Shown here piece by piece: positions 58,182 to 64,000 of a stretch of 64,000 bases of DNA. Source of the DNA: Bacteroidia bacterium (GTDB taxonomy: Bacteria; Bacteroidota; Bacteroidia; NS11-12g; UBA9320); contig CBDCFW010000003.1 in assembly GCA_965216465.1 (NCBI GenBank), forward strand, positions 128,001-192,000. The letters are read 5' to 3'. Both the position numbers and the translations under genes were made by a program. The notes below the pieces were generated by a model. That model ran no database searches. It had not been told where the DNA came from and saw only the letters and a list, made by a program, of their open reading frames with translations. Positions within the stretch are counted from its first letter, which is position 1. Every line of letters starts with the position of its first letter.

Positions 58182-59244
58182 TAAGAGTGCCGTTATCCCA
58201 TTTCTCTGTCTTCCACTTGCTGCCGTCGTGCTTGTAATACACCCATTTACCGTCTTTTAGGTTGTTTACAAATTTGCCTTTGCATTTACCGAATAGATTG
58301 GTAGCTCCAAGTTTCCACTTGCCTTCTTTAAGTCCAGCTACATACTTTCCTTTACTTCCTCCACCTGAACTGTACTTGTTTTCTACCCATTTGCCGTATT
58401 TTTCTCCGTCTACATAATTTCCATAGGTGTCTAATCCTTGCTGTTTGAATAATTTATAAGGGCCGTGTAGAACACCTTCTTCAAAGGTTTTTATTTCTAA
58501 TGGGAAACCATTCATAGTGTACGAAATAGATTCACCATGCAGTTTGCCTTCTTTATAGTGTTCTTTAAGCATGATTTTACCTCCCATGGTATAAAGAATT
58601 TTAGCTCCATCGAGTAATCCATTTTTGTACTTTGCTTTTTCACCAACCTTTCCGCTAGCATGAAATACTGTACTTGTTCCGTTGCGAACTCCAGCTACAT
58701 AGTTCACTTCCTTAATTTTTATTTCATCGAAATCAAACGTAGTAATGAGACCTTCTGGCTTCCCATCTTTATATATTCCAATTTGCCTTTTCTTGCCATT
58801 TTTATGAAACAATACAAACTTGCCCTGTTCCTTGCCGTCAACAAAATTGGCTTTCTTACTAGGGAAACCATTGGTGTGATATAAGGTGTAGCTGCCGTGT
58901 ATAACACCATTTACATATTGACAGTCAACTTCAGGAGCTCCATTAATATAGAACGTTTGAAATCTGCCATGACGCTTTCCATCTTTGTATTCGATAAGCT
59001 GATCTTGCTTTTGATTCTCATACCAACTTCGAAAAAGACCATCAATTTTACCGTCAACCCAATCTACTCGTTGCATGGGTCGATTGTTACTTGGCCATAG
59101 AAGCAACGACTCTCCTGTGTAAGGTTCTCCTTCATAGTAGTACAAACCATCGCTTTGTTTAACTAACTTGTTGTAAGCAACTTTATTTTGGCCGTATGCT
59201 AACCCTGTTGCGAAAAGAATAGTAAGTATTAGAATCTTTCTCAT
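58174..59244 (-). CDS. Exported MORN-variant repeat protein (YwqK-like)
   Basis: Signal peptide; repeated Y.DG..HG...(Y/F)(Y/H).NG units. Confidence 0.88.
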   Translation of the reverse strand: MRKILILTILFATGLAYGQNKVAYNKLVKQSDGLYYYEGEPYTGESLLLWPSNNRPMQRVDWVDGKIDGLFRSWYENQKQDQLIEYKDGKRHGRFQTFYINGAPEVDCQYVNGVIHGSYTLYHTNGFPSKKANFVDGKEQGKFVLFHKNGKKRQIGIYKDGKPEGLITTFDFDEIKIKEVNYVAGVRNGTSTVFHASGKVGEKAKYKNGLLDGAKILYTMGGKIMLKEHYKEGKLHGESISYTMNGFPLEIKTFEEGVLHGPYKLFKQQGLDTYGNYVDGEKYGKWVENKYSSGGGSKGKYVAGLKEGKWKLGATNLFGKCKGKFVNNLKDGKWVYYKHDGSKWKTEKWDNGTLIE

Positions 59245-59290
59245 TTATAATATTAATGAGTGACAAAGGTATTTATTGTTCGAATTCTAT

Positions 59291-60268
59291 TTAAGTACAG
59301 TTTTTAACGATTTCATCCACATTTTGAAGATTCATGCAGTTGAAATGACCTCGGGGGCAGCTAGAGCTTCCTAGTTTACTACATGGCCGACAATTCAGAT
59401 CGACTTGATGGGTGTATACCTGGTTCTGAAATTCGCCAGGCACATAAGCATACATACCGAGTAGGGGATGGGTGTTGCCCCAAACAGATACTATCCGCTT
59501 TTTATAAGCTGCCGCAATGTGCATCATACCGGTATCGCCAGTGAGTACTCCTGCTGATTTGGAGATTAGAAAGGCAGAGTCATGTATACTCAGTTTGTTC
59601 ACCAAATTCACCACATTTTTACCACCAACATTACGTGTTATTCGTTCAGCATTTTGCTCATCATCTGAACCTCCTCCTATCAGTACGCAAGGCTTATTTA
59701 AGCGTTTAATTGTTGTTTCGAGCAAAGAGTTCGGCATTCTTTTAGTGGCATAAGTTCCTCCAATGCTGATCACAATATACTGGCTTTCGCTGAGATTAAA
59801 GTCCTGTAATTTTTGACCATGATCTGCGGGTAAAAAGTATTCTAATCCTTTATGATCGTTGGTTACACCAAGAGAAGTAATTCCTTCAAAGTAGCGATCA
59901 ACAAGGTGCTTCTTGGGCATAAGATTGAGTTTGAAGTTCACCCATAGCCACTTTTGAATATTTAGCTTATTGAACGAATACCAAGGGGTATTTAAGTGTT
60001 TTTTGATTTTACGGGTTCTTAGATTCTTGTGCAGGTCAATAACTGCATCATATCCTTCCTGCTGCAAGCTCAAAATAAGATCATCCAGATTGTCTTCAAG
60101 GCCAATGCAACGATCAATGTACGGATTATTCTCAACGAGAGAAATAAACTTCTCTTTCGTTAGAAAATGTATTTCTGCATTGTTTATTTGGGATTTAACA
60201 GCACGAACCACAGGAGATGTGATTACGATGTCGCCAATTGAACTAAATCGAATGATTAGTATCTTCAT
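59291..60268 (-). CDS. GT9 family (heptosyltransferase-like) glycosyltransferase
   Basis: ILIIRFSSIGDIV, DTGMMHIAAA, CRPCSKLG...CP.GHFNCM. Confidence 0.92.
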   Translation of the reverse strand: MKILIIRFSSIGDIVITSPVVRAVKSQINNAEIHFLTKEKFISLVENNPYIDRCIGLEDNLDDLILSLQQEGYDAVIDLHKNLRTRKIKKHLNTPWYSFNKLNIQKWLWVNFKLNLMPKKHLVDRYFEGITSLGVTNDHKGLEYFLPADHGQKLQDFNLSESQYIVISIGGTYATKRMPNSLLETTIKRLNKPCVLIGGGSDDEQNAERITRNVGGKNVVNLVNKLSIHDSAFLISKSAGVLTGDTGMMHIAAAYKKRIVSVWGNTHPLLGMYAYVPGEFQNQVYTHQVDLNCRPCSKLGSSSCPRGHFNCMNLQNVDEIVKNCT

Positions 60269-60690
60269 TGCTTGGGGGCGAATATCAGCTCTTCTGCGTC
60301 AAATGCCTGTTCTATTATGTATCCTACTGATTTACCACTTTCAATCATTACAATGACAACCGTATGGTAGTTTTCATCTTCATCAACAACACCCATCATG
60401 TGTTTAATAATGCCGTACTTTCCGCTATACGAGCAGGGTAGGCGTCGTATGTCGAAGTCACCGGTCTCGAAAAAGGTGTTATAAAAATCCCACTCAATGA
60501 GTTTATTAAAATCGACTTCTGTTGAATCTTCGAAGCGTGTTTTAACATATAGGTCAATGTATTCAAAGCTTTCGCCTTCGCATGCACCAAAATAAAGCGT
60601 GTCTCCAATTTGAATTTCAACTTCATTCTGAGCTTGTGCAAAGAAGCCCATCAACATACATATACCTAAAATAATTCCTTGTTTAATCAT
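60265..60690 (-). CDS. Hypothetical exported acidic protein
   Basis: Signal peptide ending AQA; coupled to both neighbours by 4-nt overlaps. Confidence 0.7.
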   Translation of the reverse strand: MIKQGIILGICMLMGFFAQAQNEVEIQIGDTLYFGACEGESFEYIDLYVKTRFEDSTEVDFNKLIEWDFYNTFFETGDFDIRRLPCSYSGKYGIIKHMMGVVDEDENYHTVVIVMIESGKSVGYIIEQAFDAEELIFAPKQ

Positions 60691-62072
60691 GAATCTACTT
60701 GTTTGACCACTAGATATTCGTTTTCGATGCTTATTACTTCAACCGAAGTGTTGCTATCGATGAATTCTCCATAAGTCTTAGCTTCAAAATTCGTTCCATT
60801 GATATCTACTTTACCCATAGGACGTAGAGCGGTATGAGCAATTCCAACACTTCCAATGAGATTTTTGATGTCATTTTCTTCTTGCTGATAGTGTACTCTA
60901 CTTTGGTCAAGTGTGTCGGTGTGAATCACACGTCCGAACAGGCGAGATCTAAGGAAAGCAGAGCCAAAGAAGTACATCAAAACACCTAGACCTAGCATGG
61001 CAAAGAAGACACTTCCAAGAGCTCCATTGATTTGATCAGTATCCGTACCACTAAAATCAAAGTTTACGTTGCCAATCATGCTTAATATCAGACTACCAAA
61101 AATGATGATAATGCCACTGACACCCGCAACACCAAAGCCGGGTATGACAAAGATTTCGACGGCCAAGAGAATAAATCCAACAAAAAATAAAACAATCTCC
61201 CAATTCTCTGCCAAACCATCAAGGTAGAGCGGAGCAAAGTAGGCTACGGCAGCTATTACTGCTACAGCTAAAGGAAAACCAATGCCTGGGCTTTGAAGCT
61301 CAAAATATATCCCACCAATCATTAGCATGATAAGAATCGATCTTAAAGCAGGATTAGCAAAAAAAGCAACGACCTTATCAATTGAACTCTTTTCAACCTT
61401 CTCAGTTGTATATGCCGTTATTCCATTTGCTTCCAAAACTTCTTCAATGGAGTTGGCCTTACCTTCACAGTAACCCCAAATCAAAGCTTCTTCTGTGGTT
61501 AGTGTTATTACTTTAGATGAGTCGTCAAGGCCTTCAACAACAATGCTTTCATCAACCATTCCTTCAGCGATATCAGGATTTCGTTTGTATTTATAAGTGG
61601 TGTCATTGCCCGTTATAATCGTATCCATACCATGGCTTTCAGCGGTACTACGCATTTGTTTTCGCATGTAACTTTGATATTTATCAGGTGCTTTTTCTCC
61701 AGTTTCGTTAACTACCGTGGTTGCTCCAATGCTACCTCCCGGACGCATATAGATTTTATCGCAAGCTAAAGAAATAAGAGCTCCGGCAGAAGCTGCATTG
61801 TTATCAATAAACACATAAACCGGAATTTTGGTGTTCAATAACCTTGTTCGAATAGAGTCGGCATCTGTTACATAACCGCCATAAGTATTCATGTGAACTA
61901 TAATCAAATCAGCATTGATTGATTCGGCGTGTTCCACGGCTTTAGAAGTGATACGTGTGGCAGCAGGTGCAATATCTTCCTTCAGGTCAAAGATCACTAC
62001 CTTTTTCTCAGTATCTTGTGCAGAAGAAAACAAGGTGAGCAGTAACAGGATTTTAACGAAGAAATGTTTCAT
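60687..62072 (-). CDS. NfeD-family membrane-bound ClpP-class serine protease
   Basis: NTYGG, AASAGALI, GSIGA, DKYQS, TM region, C-terminal OB fold (TALRPMGKV); likely start MKHFF. Confidence 0.9.
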   Translation of the reverse strand: MKHFFVKILLLLTLFSSAQDTEKKVVIFDLKEDIAPAATRITSKAVEHAESINADLIIVHMNTYGGYVTDADSIRTRLLNTKIPVYVFIDNNAASAGALISLACDKIYMRPGGSIGATTVVNETGEKAPDKYQSYMRKQMRSTAESHGMDTIITGNDTTYKYKRNPDIAEGMVDESIVVEGLDDSSKVITLTTEEALIWGYCEGKANSIEEVLEANGITAYTTEKVEKSSIDKVVAFFANPALRSILIMLMIGGIYFELQSPGIGFPLAVAVIAAVAYFAPLYLDGLAENWEIVLFFVGFILLAVEIFVIPGFGVAGVSGIIIIFGSLILSMIGNVNFDFSGTDTDQINGALGSVFFAMLGLGVLMYFFGSAFLRSRLFGRVIHTDTLDQSRVHYQQEENDIKNLIGSVGIAHTALRPMGKVDINGTNFEAKTYGEFIDSNTSVEVISIENEYLVVKQVDS

Positions 62073-62157
62073 TTTAACAACAATATTACGAATAGAAACA
62101 ATAAAGTGAATAACTAAATGTTTAATACCAAAACAACATAAATAGATTTGCAATATA

Positions 62158-63102
62158 ATGAGACACGTAATAGCATTAGGAATTTTGTTGAGCACAATGT
62201 TTTCGTACGCCCATAAAGCCGATTCTGTAGGAACAAAGGTTAAAAATGGCAAGGTTTACATTATGCACAAAGTGGTAAAAGGAGATGGGCTGTATAAGAT
62301 CAGCAAGATGTATGGGGTGCCGTTAAAAGCTATTGTAGATGAAAATCCAGGGTCAGACAAAGTCATTAAGCTTGATCATATACTTTTAATTCCAACCGGA
62401 CAGGATGCTGTGATGGAAGAGAAAGTTGTTACCGACTATTTTGAGAATACCGAAATAGCCAATACCGAGCCTGACGTGGATGAGCCGGCCGAAACAGGAA
62501 CCACCGAGGTGGCCACTTTTGCAAAATACCATACGGTAATGGCTGGTGAAACGTTGTACGGAATATCTTTAAAATACAATACGAGTGTTGAGATGATTCA
62601 AAACCTCAACAATATGACAGGTACCGCATTGCGAGAAGGGCAGAAGCTGTTGGTTCAAGATGGAAAGGCTGAATCTACAACCGTTTCTATTGTTGAAGAT
62701 GACTACGATGCCATGCGTGACCGAATGACAGAAAACCACTACGAAGATTTAGGCTTTGATACAGCTGTTCAAACCGAAACGAATGTTAGCTCAACGGGAT
62801 ACAGCATCAAAATAGAGAAGCTGGTTGAATACAATATCGAAAAAGTGGAAGAGACAGGAACTGCATCTATTGATGTAATCAATGTTCCTTTAGATAAGAA
62901 CTTTGCTCATCACTTCAACGCTCCGGTAGGAACCGTAATTATGGTTACCAACCCAGAAAACACCAAAAGCGTGTTCATAAAAGTGACGGGCAATTTCAAT
63001 CGACCCGATTCTAGTGCCGAAATTATACGATTATCTGAACAATCAGCAAATCAGATTGGATTTACCGGTGATGGCAAAATCCTATTGAGCTATGCCCGTT
63101 AA
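62158..63102 (+). CDS. LysM peptidoglycan-binding protein (two LysM domains plus DPBB-like C-terminus)
   Basis: HKVVKGDGLYKIS, HTVMAGETLYGIS...LN, APVGTVIMVTNP...VFIKV. Confidence 0.88.
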   Translation: MRHVIALGILLSTMFSYAHKADSVGTKVKNGKVYIMHKVVKGDGLYKISKMYGVPLKAIVDENPGSDKVIKLDHILLIPTGQDAVMEEKVVTDYFENTEIANTEPDVDEPAETGTTEVATFAKYHTVMAGETLYGISLKYNTSVEMIQNLNNMTGTALREGQKLLVQDGKAESTTVSIVEDDYDAMRDRMTENHYEDLGFDTAVQTETNVSSTGYSIKIEKLVEYNIEKVEETGTASIDVINVPLDKNFAHHFNAPVGTVIMVTNPENTKSVFIKVTGNFNRPDSSAEIIRLSEQSANQIGFTGDGKILLSYAR

Positions 63103-64000
63103 GGCAATTTCAAAAGTTTATTTCTACGCACTTCTTATGGGCTTTGCAGCCCTGTGGATTTCTCCTTTTGCTGTTAGCTTATCAACAGGGATTATTGCAC
63201 TTACAGTTCTCATTTCATTCAAGCAAATATGGACTGATTATCGCTCACATGTAATACTTGTTGCTTTATTTATCATTCTCGGATCTATTGACTTTTTGAG
63301 AGGCGGTGACACGCAGAAAGTCTCTGCCAAACTTATGTTACTAGCGGGATTCGCATTTCTTCATTTAGGGGCGTTGCTTCATCTGAAAAGGAAATCAGAC
63401 ATCGTGAACTTGCTACTGATAGCAAGTTCAATTGTTGCTGTCATTAACATTCATTCAGTTGTTAATTATTTGATTAACAAGGAAGTATATGATCAGATGT
63501 TGCTTCAGTCAAAGGCAATTTCAATATTTAACATGCACCATATTCATTTTGGTGTTATCAATGCACTTAGCATTTTTAGTTTGATAGGATGCCTCGTTTA
63601 TGCTCTGATTGAAAAACCGATAATGAAAAAAGTCGCATGGGGGCTGTTGGTTATTTTAACCGTTTGTTTTCACATCCTTAGCTCTCGAACGGGACTCATC
63701 GCCTTCTATTCAAGTATTGTATTCACTGTTTTTGTTTTTGCCATTAGCAGACGAGAATTTAAGAAACTATTGTTAGTAATTGGTGGGCTTTGTCTTTTGT
63801 TAATCAGCAGTTATTATTTAGTGCAACCCTTTCAAAATAAGGTATATAACTCATTAGAGGATATTGAAAGCTGGAGAGACGGGGGTGATATTAACTTTAA
63901 ATCGATGGGTATGCGTTTCGAAGCTTACAGAATGTGTAATGCCATTATAGCGGACCATTCATGGATAGGCGTGGGTGCAGGACACCAAGAAAGAAGCATG
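63092..64000 (+). CDS. O-antigen ligase (WaaL/Wzy_C) family membrane protein, runs off the right edge
   Basis: Translated by hand from ATG 63092 (MPVKAISKV...); multiple TM helices, HHIHFG, SSRTG, SMGMRF, IGVGAG. Confidence 0.82.
   Translation, partial: MPVKAISKVYFYALLMGFAALWISPFAVSLSTGIIALTVLISFKQIWTDYRSHVILVALFIILGSIDFLRGGDTQKVSAKLMLLAGFAFLHLGALLHLKRKSDIVNLLLIASSIVAVINIHSVVNYLINKEVYDQMLLQSKAISIFNMHHIHFGVINALSIFSLIGCLVYALIEKPIMKKVAWGLLVILTVCFHILSSRTGLIAFYSSIVFTVFVFAISRREFKKLLLVIGGLCLLLISSYYLVQPFQNKVYNSLEDIESWRDGGDINFKSMGMRFEAYRMCNAIIADHSWIGVGAGHQERSM

Noticed and set aside
58174-59244. Toxin-antitoxin system (YwqK antitoxin)
   Set aside because: Only MORN-type repeats with a signal peptide; no adjacent toxin.
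972-62109. Numerous 60-130 aa ORFs overlapping or antisense to confident genes
   Set aside because: Shadow ORFs with no motifs, lying inside well-supported CDSs.

Overview
AT-rich chromosomal segment of a Bacteroidota bacterium. The assignment rests on TAnnTTTG promoters, proteins with T9SS type A and type B C-terminal domains, and ruvB-queG synteny. Most of the window is housekeeping: ruvB, queG, cinA, frameshifted prfB, ddl, ppx, an M16 peptidase, an LptF/G-family permease, valS, rplS, rplU-rpmA, yggS, mutS2, smpB, a cystathionine gamma-synthase/lyase, envelope genes, and tRNA-Arg(ACG), tRNA-His(GTG) and tRNA-Leu(GAG). I see no integrase, transposase, prophage or CRISPR array. The strongest unexplained signal is non-coding. 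tRNA-Arg and tRNA-His are each followed by the same architecture: a terminator, a CCAT...AAGCTCGCTT...ATGGGG hairpin with one extrahelical A, and about three tandem 98-99 bp units that decay away from the tRNA. The two arrays differ in sequence but share a covarying 19-bp motif (GGATCA-NN-GNA-NN-TAATCC) resembling a tRNA T-arm with a GNA-triloop hairpin inserted. A second unexplained module is a helically phased TTAAG array between a putative degenerate enhancer-binding-like protein and a small basic protein with a beta-clamp-like QLQLF motif. All product calls come from motif recognition by eye; no database searches were run.
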